Source of the DNA: Endomicrobiales bacterium
GTDB taxonomy: Bacteria > Elusimicrobiota > Endomicrobiia > Endomicrobiales > CAWCFT01
NCBI GenBank assembly: GCA_963794945.1
Contig: CAWCFT010000009.1
Location: forward strand, 64,001 to 128,000
Reading direction: 5' to 3'
Length of the DNA: 64,000 nt
The stretch's first letter is position 1, and each line of letters begins with the position of its first letter. This document shows positions 1 to 11,367 of the stretch, piece by piece. A program made the position numbers and the translations under genes. Under the pieces are notes generated by a model. The model did no database searches, had not been told where the DNA came from, and worked only from the letters and a program-made list of their open reading frames with translations.

Positions 1-53
1 TGTATCAGGCTTTCATCACTAAACTGTTGCCGAAGCCATTTTTTGCTATTTTT

Positions 54-140
54 GTCATTTCGGCCGAAGGGAGAAATCTTTGTTTCATTTATACATCAAG
101 ATCTCTCGTCTCGCGCATGGCGGGACTCGAGATAATAGAC
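54..140. repeat. Palindromic REP/MITE-like element (TGTCAT...GAGAAATCT / AGATCTCTC...GACA family)
   Basis: TGTCATTTCGGCCGAAGGGAGAAATCT followed by AGATCTCTCGTCTCGC...GACA; related copies at 41574, 43669, 43824 and 46762. Confidence 0.65.
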
Positions 141-293
141 AACCAGTTCGGCACCAAGCACCTAACTTAACTAGCTATTTTTTGCGATAATGCATCTTAT
201 CTCACAACATTATGAAAATCTTACATATTAAATTCCATGTTTGCAAGGCAAGTAAGCCTGTATTTTTAAACTTATCCTTTCTAATTCGCGGCA

Positions 294-1886
294 TCAAAGG
301 CCAAGGAATTTCTTGATGTCGGCAAGGTTTGCTTTGGACTTTTCAAGTTCGCCCCTTTTAGAGGCCCTCTCTTCTTCGGTTTTTGTGGGGTCTGCCGATT
401 CCATTTCAAGCCTTGCGATCTCAGAATCAAGTGCGCTGAAGTCGCCAAAGGCGGCCGTGGCGTGCTGGCCTGAGGCAGGCCCGTCAGGTAAGTCAGATTG
501 CTTCACTCCACTACACGCAGGCGGGCAGGCTGCTTCGCCCGCTAAGACGGTCTCGGGATTGTCTTTGCGAACCGGAGGTGAAGCAACCTCGCTGTTATCA
601 GTTCCTGTTGTTGGTGTTTGAGTTACACTGTTATCAGGCTGGGGCTGTAGACCGTTCTTTTTCATGGCGTCAAGCTGGGACTGGAGCTTTTGGATGGACA
701 TATTAATTCCTGTTTTTTGCGCGTCGGTTAAATCTGGGCTCCCCAGGGCCTTTTTCAATTGGGCTACCTGGGCTTCAAACCCTGATTCTACCGCAGCCTG
801 TCCGCCCTCTTTTAGTTTTTTTAGCTGCGCCAATTGCTCCGGATTGAGGCTACTTATGGGCTTGGCCATAAGCTCTTTAAGCTTGTCCTTTTTGGCCTGG
901 ATCTGCTGCCTGATGCCGGACGAATCAAGACCGGCCTTTTCGGCTTTTCTGGCGCCCTCTTCCGCAAGCTTTATCGCTTTCTTTGCCTTGGCAATGTCAT
1001 CCTTGCGCGCCTTGTCAAAAGCCTTGGCTGCCTTTTGGGCAGTCGGGTTGGGCGTTGCTTGCTCCAGCTGTGCCTGCTCATCAAACCATTTCTGGTATGC
1101 CTCTGTAGCGATCTTGCTGAAGTCCGCAACCGGGAGTACAGTCTGGGTGTCCCAAACAATATGAACGCCTTTGCCTGCCTTAGCTATCCTGATGCCTTTG
1201 GCCCTGCCTGGGCGGGTCTTCGGCTTTGGCGCACTACCTGCCGCCTGCTTGACAGCCTCCGCCTGCCCGGCAGGGTCGGGTGACGCTGACAAGGCTTTAT
1301 TGACTAGATTTTCAAGCTGTTTTACTGTAAAACCTTCCTTTACACAATGCTCTATCATGACTTTCTGGGCTTCCGGATTTCCTAACCTTGTTATTTGAAA
1401 CAGATGGGTAACATCAATTATACCTCGAGGTATAATTTTTATAACCTCTTCAGGAAGCCCGGCTATGGCCACATACTGGCTTACACATTTTTGTGTTACG
1501 CCAAGGTCTTTAGCCAGTTCCTCCTGGCTCTTTTTTCCAGCTTTCATGGCCACAATATATGAGCGGCCCTCATCTATGGGGTCTACGCCATCCCTGACGT
1601 TCTCCTTTATCATTATCATAACCTTGTCATAATCGCTGACATTTTCCTTAACAAGGCAGCTTATCTGTGTCCAGCCGGCTTGTTTAGCACCCTCAAGCCG
1701 GAGGTCACCCGCTAAAAGCTCATTGCTACCGGCGCCATCAGGTATGGGTGTAACTGTGATATCGTGAAGCTGGCCCGTTTGTTTAAGCTCTTCCGCCATT
1801 TTCGCGATGCTTTCCGGGCTGTGCTTGCGGAACCTATCGGGAACGTAAATCCTGGCAATGTCTATCAAACGCTTTTCGTCCGGCAT
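294..1886 (-). CDS. ParB/RepB/Spo0J-like protein with long low-complexity C-terminal extension
   Basis: N-terminal ParB-like segment (GQLHDITV, LLAGDLRL, IKENVR, PIDEG), HTH (SQEELAKDLGVTQKCVSQY), SD AAGGAG upstream. Confidence 0.75.
   Translation of the reverse strand: MPDEKRLIDIARIYVPDRFRKHSPESIAKMAEELKQTGQLHDITVTPIPDGAGSNELLAGDLRLEGAKQAGWTQISCLVKENVSDYDKVMIMIKENVRDGVDPIDEGRSYIVAMKAGKKSQEELAKDLGVTQKCVSQYVAIAGLPEEVIKIIPRGIIDVTHLFQITRLGNPEAQKVMIEHCVKEGFTVKQLENLVNKALSASPDPAGQAEAVKQAAGSAPKPKTRPGRAKGIRIAKAGKGVHIVWDTQTVLPVADFSKIATEAYQKWFDEQAQLEQATPNPTAQKAAKAFDKARKDDIAKAKKAIKLAEEGARKAEKAGLDSSGIRQQIQAKKDKLKELMAKPISSLNPEQLAQLKKLKEGGQAAVESGFEAQVAQLKKALGSPDLTDAQKTGINMSIQKLQSQLDAMKKNGLQPQPDNSVTQTPTTGTDNSEVASPPVRKDNPETVLAGEAACPPACSGVKQSDLPDGPASGQHATAAFGDFSALDSEIARLEMESADPTKTEEERASKRGELEKSKANLADIKKFLGL
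495..590. repeat. Palindromic repeat element inside the ParB-like CDS
   Basis: AGATTGCTTCAC...CGCTAAGAC / GTCTTTGCGAACC..GTGAAGCAACCTCG; same architecture as the TGTCTTCGCGAG...GTGGCGATCTCGCTGTT units near 47650. Confidence 0.5.
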
Positions 1887-2068
1887 GTTGAACTCCTTTT
1901 GAAATGTATTTACCCCCCCCCCTCTTTGTGCATAAAGAGGGGAAACGCCATCATTGACCTTTGCCTTTCTTATGATGTCATTTTGAAACGTAGTGAGAAA
2001 TCTCTACACACTTTACAAAATATCTCTCACCCCGCCTTGCGGGATTCGAGATGACAGGCTCATAAAAC

Positions 2069-2172
2069 AAAAAAACCACACCGCGCGTTATGCGCAATAT
2101 GGTTTACGATTTCAAGACCGTTGCAAACCCAAGAAATTAAACAGCATTTATCCCCCGAATCAATGCCATGAC
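2069..2172 (-). ncRNA. Candidate small RNA or leader RNA, copy 1
   Basis: Sigma70-like promoter, AUGGCAUU/AAUGCUGU stem, UUGAAA, terminator AAACCAUAUU...GGUGUGGUUUUUUU; homologous unit at 49437-49538. Confidence 0.5.
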
Positions 2173-2178
2173 AGGAAG

Positions 2179-2207
2179 ATTTTATAAATTAATTTAAAGT
2201 TTTTCAA
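2179..2207 (-). promoter_or_regulatory. Sigma70-type promoter TTGAAA-17-TAAAAT
   Basis: Read directly on the minus strand; 9 nt upstream of ATGGCATT. Confidence 0.55.
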
Positions 2208-2288
2208 GCGGATCATCGCCGCTATCTTCAAATACCGGGCCAGAATGACAAAGCAGGAGATTCCAGCTTATTGATCGATTCGATGATG

Positions 2289-4494
<2,206 letters not shown>

Positions 4495-4662
4495 TTTATT
4501 TGCTCCTTAAATTTTGCTGTTCTATAGATCAATTCATAATCACATTTTCTGCAAATGAGGTGGAAAGCAGTTAGTAATATTTTACTTTTTAAATTAATTG
4601 TTTTACTGATTTTTTTCTTTTAAATACTGACGTATTTCTACATGCAACAAAAAACATTTATT

Positions 4663-4700
4663 AAAAAGACAACCACACCGAACAATAGCCGGTATGGTTT
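4663..4700 (-). terminator. Intrinsic terminator after tRNA-His
   Basis: AACCATACCGG/TCGGTGTGGTT stem followed by a T-rich tail. Confidence 0.55.
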
Positions 4701-4716
4701 AAATATTTATAAATAT

Positions 4717-4794
4717 TGGGGTGGCTGACGGGATTTGAACCCGCTGCCTCCTGAGCCACAGTCAGGCGCTCTAACCAGATGAGCTACAACCACC
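4717..4794 (-). tRNA. tRNA-His (GTG)
   Basis: Cloverleaf GGTGGTTGTAGCTCATCTGGTTAGAGCG CCTGA CT GTG GC TCAGG...GGTTCAAATCC...CCA with G-1. Confidence 0.95.
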
Positions 4795-5067
4795 TTTTGT
4801 CGCACCCTTCGCTTGCGCTCAGGGCGAATATCGTTTCGGCCTTGAAAGGTATTCGTTCGCCTTCGGCAAACTGACGGCCGAAATGCTCCCGAAGGGAAAC
4901 GCAGTTTCCCTTTCGCGCTCGTCCGCCTGAGGCGGATTCGCTGAACCTTCCCAATATGTTAACTTCTTATCAATTTTGAACAGCTATAAGATTTAAGCTC
5001 TAAGTATAATCAAGACATCTATCCGTAAAACTTTCTTACCGCTTAAAGCTTACCGCTTGTTTAAAAG

Positions 5068-5141
5068 CGTCTCCGGCGTGACTTGAACACGCAACCTACT
5101 GCTTAGAAGGCAGTTGCTCTATCCAATTGAGCTACGGAGAC
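5068..5141 (-). tRNA. tRNA-Arg (TCT)
   Basis: GTCTCCGTAGCTCAATTGGATAGAGCA ACTGC CT TCT AA GCAGT...GTTCAAG; CCA not encoded. Confidence 0.95.
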
Positions 5142-5158
5142 ACCTAATAAGCAGAAGT

Positions 5159-5187
5159 ATTATAACATACAACGTGTTTTTAGTCAA
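5159..5187 (-). promoter_or_regulatory. Promoter of tRNA-Arg/His, TTGACT-17-TATAAT
   Basis: Near-consensus hexamers with 17-nt spacer just upstream of tRNA-Arg. Confidence 0.7.
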
Positions 5188-5253
5188 ACAAAGGGCTATT
5201 CGGCTTGATTAATTAATGAATATTAAATATACTTAGCTGGAAGCCCAATCCAT

Positions 5254-5514
5254 ATGCCATATGTAAAAAAATACCATTCCTATTCTTATAAGTATAAGCG
5301 CAAATCAACAATATCATTGAAAACGGTATTGACAATCGTGCTTATTTCCAGCGCTGCCGGCCTGCTTGCCTTGCTCATAAGCAGTTTGATGACCCCTGCC
5401 CCCTACAAGAAGGCCGAGATCGTGGACTCAGTAATAAAGAGATACAAAGACAACTACGGCGAGAACTGGAAAGAGAAACTTAAACAGGACTACGGCGCTT
5501 ATATCAACAAATAG
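5254..5514 (+). CDS. Small single-pass membrane hypothetical protein
   Basis: 86 aa, basic N-terminus and one hydrophobic helix; fills the gap between the tRNA and a convergent gene. Confidence 0.6.
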   Translation: MPYVKKYHSYSYKYKRKSTISLKTVLTIVLISSAAGLLALLISSLMTPAPYKKAEIVDSVIKRYKDNYGENWKEKLKQDYGAYINK

Positions 5515-5521
5515 CCGGCCG

Positions 5522-6526
5522 TTAAATCATATTGCTGTCAATGAAACTCAACAATGTTTCAGCGTTCTTTTGTGGATCTTTGCCTATAATGAATTTATAT
5601 GTTTTTGCCTTTTTTACCGCCCTGGCGCAAACCATCACTCTTGACGCTACTATCCATGCTTTACCAAAAATATCTGCAGTATCAAACCTGAGGAAATACT
5701 CGACCATCTGCGGAAGCCCCAGCCCTATAACGCAGTCTCTCAGAAGCGCTATAAACACAGTTATCTTGCCAGCCTCAACAACCCTGGGGTTGTTCGAATA
5801 CTCCCTTACCCCCTTAAAAATAAAGCCTAGTTCCACCGGAGAAGATATCCTGCCGATGAAATATTGCGTGTCTATCAACAGCTTCCTGCCGTATTTTCTG
5901 CGGTCAAGGCTGCCGAGGAATTGAGGCGGGATATCGAAGCCTTTCCCATCGCCGACGCCAATTCGCGAAGGAAATGGAAGGAGCCGTGAATCCGACGAGA
6001 TTAACGGCGTATCATCTGAAACAAGCTTAACGCTCTTATTTTTTAAAAGCTCCATATACAGTGTAGTTTTTCCCCCGCCTTGAGGCAGCAGGCATACCGC
6101 GCCTTTTTTCTCGATAGAAAAACCGCACGCGTGCACCCTGTGCATGCCCTTTTTGTCCAGCATCTCGCCGACACGTGAAAGTATCATCAGATACGCTAGT
6201 TCATGGAGCAGTTTCAGATCAGCCGAGAACAATTCGCCTGATTCGGCCTTGTAATCGTAGACAGAGAGCGCTTTTCCGAAATAGTCAACATACCTTTTCC
6301 CTTTTTGGTCGTAAGATATAGAATCCGGCTGGTAGAGGCTGGCCATTACCTCCGGTATCCTTGACAGCGGCGGTTCCTGGTCCGCTATGACGAGCGTCAA
6401 AGATGGTTTATCAGAAATTGGTGTCTTTAAAAAAAACGAAAAGTCCTTGCTTAATTCTTCTTTCAGCCATGAAGGAAGGGCTATATCAACCGCTACTCCA
6501 TAAAATTCTAAAGTTAGTCTGTCCAT
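5522..6526 (-). CDS. HprK-related P-loop protein (ScmC-like)
   Basis: VHACG...LPQGGGKTTL Walker A, LVSDD and PFPSR motifs typical of HprK-related proteins. Confidence 0.6.
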   Translation of the reverse strand: MDRLTLEFYGVAVDIALPSWLKEELSKDFSFFLKTPISDKPSLTLVIADQEPPLSRIPEVMASLYQPDSISYDQKGKRYVDYFGKALSVYDYKAESGELFSADLKLLHELAYLMILSRVGEMLDKKGMHRVHACGFSIEKKGAVCLLPQGGGKTTLYMELLKNKSVKLVSDDTPLISSDSRLLPFPSRIGVGDGKGFDIPPQFLGSLDRRKYGRKLLIDTQYFIGRISSPVELGFIFKGVREYSNNPRVVEAGKITVFIALLRDCVIGLGLPQMVEYFLRFDTADIFGKAWIVASRVMVCARAVKKAKTYKFIIGKDPQKNAETLLSFIDSNMI

Positions 6527-7509
6527 TTTTTAAACACTCCCCTGGCGAAGCCGATCCCGTAAGCCAGATGCGCGACAAAAGGCAGAATTATCAGCAAAGG
6601 CAAAGCGGTTATACTTTCGCCATATTTTATCATAATTGACGCCGCGTTGGTTAATGCAAATATTATATACGCGTATAACGGCGCCAGGTATAGCGGGTTA
6701 TTAGCATAGCCTGTCGAACACAGATATATAACGAAAAATGTAGGCAAGAGATATACAGGCCTGAGGCTTTTCGGCATTATCTTTGTCATCATCGCGCGGC
6801 CTTCGCCCGAACGGTATACCTGCTCGGCCAGGGAGAAGAGATCCTTTCTCCTGTGGTGGTACACGACCAGCTTAGGGCAATACAGGGCTTTATGCCCTTT
6901 ACCGAAGAATTGCTCCAGCAGCAGATTTTCCTCGTTGTAATGCAGCCGGCCGTCAAAATATATATTGGACGACTCGAATATCTTTCTCCTGAAAGCCAGG
7001 TTGCAGAGCGTCACGGAACTATCGTCACATACCCTCTCCGTTTCGCCGGGCATGAACCTTTCTCTCATTTTCCAGGCGGTAAATATTTCCGAGAAGGCGT
7101 AACCGGCTATACGCTCTATGAGCGGGCTGCCGGGCGGGGTAACGTTAGGCCCGCCGATAATATCAATATCAGCGCGTTGTTTGAATTTTTCTTCCAGCAG
7201 CGCGATATTGCCGAAGTCCGGGTAACAATCGTCATCAAGGAAATATATAAGCTCCGCGCCCGAATTTGTTATGCCCGTGTTTCTCGCTTCGCTTTTTGAT
7301 ATTTTATTTTCAAAGAAGACGCACTTGAACATCGGACCTGTGACGCTTAAGATGCGCAGATATTCGAATGTTTCCTTATTATACCCGTTAGCGACTATGA
7401 CTACCTGGAGGCCCGAGGCCTGAGATAGCACGTTCACGCACTTTTCAAGCGAACCTTTTCTCCCTTTGGTTATTATAACTACGCTAATTCTTGCGTTATC
7501 AAAAGGCAC
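6514..7509 (-). CDS. Glycosyltransferase family 2
   Basis: ISVVIIT, ARNTGI, YFLDDDC, NLAFRR, VVYHHRR and C-terminal TM helices; GTG start chosen after AGGGG (ORF track starts at 7539). Confidence 0.85.
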   Translation of the reverse strand: MPFDNARISVVIITKGRKGSLEKCVNVLSQASGLQVVIVANGYNKETFEYLRILSVTGPMFKCVFFENKISKSEARNTGITNSGAELIYFLDDDCYPDFGNIALLEEKFKQRADIDIIGGPNVTPPGSPLIERIAGYAFSEIFTAWKMRERFMPGETERVCDDSSVTLCNLAFRRKIFESSNIYFDGRLHYNEENLLLEQFFGKGHKALYCPKLVVYHHRRKDLFSLAEQVYRSGEGRAMMTKIMPKSLRPVYLLPTFFVIYLCSTGYANNPLYLAPLYAYIIFALTNAASIMIKYGESITALPLLIILPFVAHLAYGIGFARGVFKKWTD

Positions 7510-7610
7510 GAAAATCCCCTGAACCGTTACTGTCCTCAAATAATAAGTTCATTACACCTCGACAACATTTTAGGAGTGTATTTTGGATCAGGCTTATCAC
7601 TGACCTAGGC

Positions 7611-8438
7611 CTATTTTTCACTCTCGACAAGCCATACGTATTCATCGCACGGGCAAACCTCCGCCTCGCAGGGCATTGGCTTTTCAAACAGCTTAAAATC
7701 ATCATCGAAGAGGTTGCCGATCGGCTTGTGACTTAGAGGCCCGCACCGAGTTACTTTGCCGTCCGCTTTTATAGACGCGTATACCTGGCCAGACCGGCAC
7801 AACTTGCCTTTAGTCTTTTTACCTTCAAGATGGTATTTTACCCTTGAAATATCACCCATGAACGGTTCCATCATCTTACGCTCGGCTTCGCTGTACGAGT
7901 CCGGGTACTTTTTGCCTTCGTATTCCCCCCAGAAAGCCGCGAGGGCGAAATCGATGCCGTTTTCCTTGAATTTATTATAGTAGTGATCTATCTTTCCCAT
8001 ATTGGGAGGATATGCCAGGTAGCAAACACCCCCCTTGAAACCTTTTTTCTTCAACGCCTTGATCTTGCTTAAAAAGCTATCGTAGTTGCTGTCTTTGGGA
8101 TGAAAGTTCATATCCAGCACGACCCTGCCCGGGTCGACTTTCTCGGCAAAAGCGTACATGTCTCCCGAAAGCTGGCTTGTGACCTTGACCGTGTGCAGTT
8201 TTGACAGTTCTGTTATAAGCTCCACAAAGTTAGGGTAGATAGAAGGTTCGCCGCCGGTTATCATGATGTGGCACTCGCCGTGCCTGTCGTAGATCCGCCG
8301 CCACACTTTCATAAGCTCAGGTACCGACATATAGCGGGTTACTTTCTCCATCGTATCCCAGTTCTTGTCGAACCAGCAGTAAGGGCACCTGAAGTTGCAT
8401 TTGTAATGTATGTCCCAAACAAAATTTACTTTTTCCAT
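7611..8438 (-). CDS. Radical SAM protein with C-terminal SPASM/twitch-like domain
   Basis: CNFRCPYC, ITGGEP, C..G..YASIKADGKVTRC, CxxxxCxC. Confidence 0.9.
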   Translation of the reverse strand: MEKVNFVWDIHYKCNFRCPYCWFDKNWDTMEKVTRYMSVPELMKVWRRIYDRHGECHIMITGGEPSIYPNFVELITELSKLHTVKVTSQLSGDMYAFAEKVDPGRVVLDMNFHPKDSNYDSFLSKIKALKKKGFKGGVCYLAYPPNMGKIDHYYNKFKENGIDFALAAFWGEYEGKKYPDSYSEAERKMMEPFMGDISRVKYHLEGKKTKGKLCRSGQVYASIKADGKVTRCGPLSHKPIGNLFDDDFKLFEKPMPCEAEVCPCDEYVWLVESEK

Positions 8439-8473
8439 TTTACCTCTTTAATTATAGTCTAAACATTACCGCA

Positions 8474-8653
8474 CTAAAACAGCACGTAAATGAAAGGAAC
8501 CACACTACTGCTTTGCGCGAATATTATCAAAAGGCCCAGACCCAACAGAACTACGAACATAGGCACAAGCCACCAGAGTTTCCGTTCCCAGAAAAATTGC
8601 CAGAATTCACCCAGTATCGAGAACCTAGACATAAATTGCTTTAATGTAACCAT
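8474..8653 (-). CDS. Small membrane protein, DUF5989/SxtK-like
   Basis: EFWQFFWERKLWWLVP...AQSSSVVPFIYVLF signature; SD AAGGAG. Confidence 0.8.
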   Translation of the reverse strand: MVTLKQFMSRFSILGEFWQFFWERKLWWLVPMFVVLLGLGLLIIFAQSSSVVPFIYVLF

Positions 8654-8667
8654 CAAATTCTCCTTAT

Positions 8668-9780
8668 TTAGAGACCTTGATCTTTGGTTATTTGACCTTT
8701 ACCTGTCTTTATTGCCTCTCCCAGCATAAAACCGTTAGTGCAGGTGAGCCAGCAGTGGCATGTTTTCTTGTTGAAGAACTCTCTTATGTCTTCCGCTTTT
8801 TTCGACTGCCAAATACCGTCAAATCCATCCTCCAGAGCGTTTCCTGCTATAAGGTTTTTATGCACGGGACAGAAATACAGGTTACCGTAAGGGTCCAGCA
8901 TAGCGTATTTCTCTCCGCACGGGCAATCCGGGAAAAACCGTCTTCTTTCGAGTATATATTTCTCTATGTAATGAATGCCCATAAGCATGGACAGCAGGCC
9001 ATCATTGTTTAAAAGCATTGAATAGTCGGTGATGCCTGGAAAGTATTTAGCGATAATACCGTCTATGAGGGCATCCAGCTGGATGCGCACGGTTTCGATG
9101 TGTACATTAGTCCACGCGAACTCTTTTGTCTCCTTCTTCTGCACCATGACCTGGAAGGAGACGTGGTAGCCGTTATCACTGCACCACTGGTATGCTGGAA
9201 GCATTTGCCCACAGTTTTCTGGTGTCAGGGTGAAATTAAGGCTGAAGTAGAGCTCAGGGTACTCTTTTCTTATGAATTTAAGCGTGTTGGATAACAAGCG
9301 AAAACTGTCCTTCCTGCCCCTGATATTATCATGCGCCGCGCCTATGCCGTCCAGCGAACTGCCTATTGACACGTTCTTTAACCCTATTTCATTTTGTATT
9401 TCCCTGATATTATTTAAAGCCAGCTCGGTGTCTACAAGGTTCGAAAGAATCAGTATCTCCACTGCAGGGTAATTATTCCGCAGGTATTTAATTAATTCTA
9501 TCAGGTCTTCCTTAAGCCAGGCTTCCCCACCGCTAAGCACAATATAACGGACGTCTTTTAGCAGCTTAGCATCTTCGATCAACAACTTCCATTGTTCAAC
9601 AGTTAGCTCGTTTTCCGGCTTATTAATATAGCGAAGATTGCACATTATACAGTTAGTATTACATCTGTAGGTCAGCTCGATGTGCAGCTCCCTGGGCGGA
9701 ACGCAGGATACCTTATTTTTTAAAGCGCTTGATTCCAGCACTTTGCCGCATTTTTCCAGGAACTCTCTCGCTTTATTCAT
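8668..9780 (-). CDS. Radical SAM/SPASM protein
   Basis: CNTNCIMC, LSGGEA, SLDG, CPCGEKYAMLDPYGNLYFCP, CHCWLTC. Confidence 0.9.
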   Translation of the reverse strand: MNKAREFLEKCGKVLESSALKNKVSCVPPRELHIELTYRCNTNCIMCNLRYINKPENELTVEQWKLLIEDAKLLKDVRYIVLSGGEAWLKEDLIELIKYLRNNYPAVEILILSNLVDTELALNNIREIQNEIGLKNVSIGSSLDGIGAAHDNIRGRKDSFRLLSNTLKFIRKEYPELYFSLNFTLTPENCGQMLPAYQWCSDNGYHVSFQVMVQKKETKEFAWTNVHIETVRIQLDALIDGIIAKYFPGITDYSMLLNNDGLLSMLMGIHYIEKYILERRRFFPDCPCGEKYAMLDPYGNLYFCPVHKNLIAGNALEDGFDGIWQSKKAEDIREFFNKKTCHCWLTCTNGFMLGEAIKTGKGQITKDQGL

Positions 9781-11352
9781 AGCTTCCGGCGCTCCTAAGG
9801 CATTCGTCCATAAGCTGTCTAGTTAGCTCATTGTTTGATTCCAGGTCGAGTGATCTTTTAAAGCATTCCACCGCCTTTACTGAGTCATGATCGTACTTGT
9901 AATACTGCCCCAGAAGGAACCACTTGTCAGGCTTAACTCTCAGCACTCCGGATGTCTCTGGAAGGCCAAGCTTAAGCGCGGTAGCGCAAAACTCTTCATA
10001 TCTCCTGAACCGTTCAGGGTAATCATTTTTCCCTTCGTCCGATTTCCAAAAGAGATGGTGTTCGCTTCCGGTGATCCCGAATATTCTAGGGTTCTTTCGA
10101 ATATACGTCTCTTTTTCCAAAGTAAAGAATGACTGGCTGGCAAGTATGGAAGTGATATACGGCCTGGCCTTCGTTAGAAACTCAATCGTCTTTTCAAAAT
10201 CCCGTCTGGTCTCGCCCGGGAACCCGAACATTATGTTAATCTGGAAATCTATTCCGGCTTCCCGAGTGTCTTTTAGTATGCCAACGGCTTTTTCGATGTC
10301 GAAGTGCTTATTCATCAGATCAAGTATTCTCTGCGAACCGGATTCTATACCGTACCCGAGCCACACGCATCCTGCCTTTGCCATTTTGTTTAACAGGGCC
10401 CTGCTCATATCTTCGCGGACCATCGCCTGGCCGGCCCACTTGATTTTCGTATTGTTCTCTATCATCTTATCGCAAAAATCCTCAAGGACTTTCAGGTTCC
10501 CGTTAAGAAGCAGTCCGTTAAAATAGAAATAATTGATCCGCGGATAATCACGGACATGCTTTTTTATCTGTTCAAATATTCTGCCACCACTCATCAGTCC
10601 GGTATCTAGGCCAGAAAAGCCTCTCATAACAGAAATGGCAAGCGTTTATACATCCGCGGGAATCTAGTATATCAAGCCTGTGTGGTTCGCTGTATTTATT
10701 ATCCCTTATGTCACTGTCAAAATCACTATAATCCGGAAAGGGCATCACGTCCAGGTCTTTAACATAATCCGGCACGCCGCAATCCTCTACTATTTCCCCG
10801 TCTCGTTTTACCAGAAAACCATTTTCTAAAGGCAGCTCGCCAGCCTTTAAAATCCTCCAGTTTAGCTAACAGGTTTTTGAGCGGTATATCCGCTTCGCCA
10901 GGACACACGTAATCTACGAACGGCTGCTTTATAAAATCCAAGGCCATCTGAGCGCGCGAAGCTTTGTGACCCATGAAAATATTAATAATTCCCGGGTAAT
11001 TTTCCTTGAGCCTTTTTGCTATTTCATAGCTGACAAGTACTGACGGCGTGTGCGTAACGAATACAGCTACTCGCGCGCCTGTGCCGCCGATAAGTTTGAC
11101 GTATTTTTCGAAAACAGTTTCAGGTATGGCCTGGCTGATAAAAGCTTTATTTTCCCAGATTGAATAAAAGTCCCTGTCTTCCCAGTACTTTCGCCTTTCA
11201 GGCTCGGCATCGTGATACATCCTGTTGTTAAGGTCGAAACACGACACCTCGTGCCCGTTACCGCGAAGGTATGCCGCGAAATATCCAAGTATATAGGGCG
11301 GGCAATACCTTACCCACCACGGAGAGTTAATCAAGGCGACTTTTATAGACAT
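9773..11352 (-). CDS. Cobalamin-dependent (class B-like) radical SAM protein, split by two frameshifts
   Basis: B12-binding N-terminus (10759-11352), SRGCINACHFC (10572-10775), GIESGSQRIL and MFGFPGET plus TPR-like tail (9773-10627). Confidence 0.85.
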
Positions 11353-11367
11353 TAAATTACCTCTTAT

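Noticed and set aside
4671..4700. Third copy of the twin small-RNA unit
   Set aside because: Shares only the AACCA..GGTGTGGTT terminator stem, lacks the 5' stem and promoter, and is explained as the tRNA terminator
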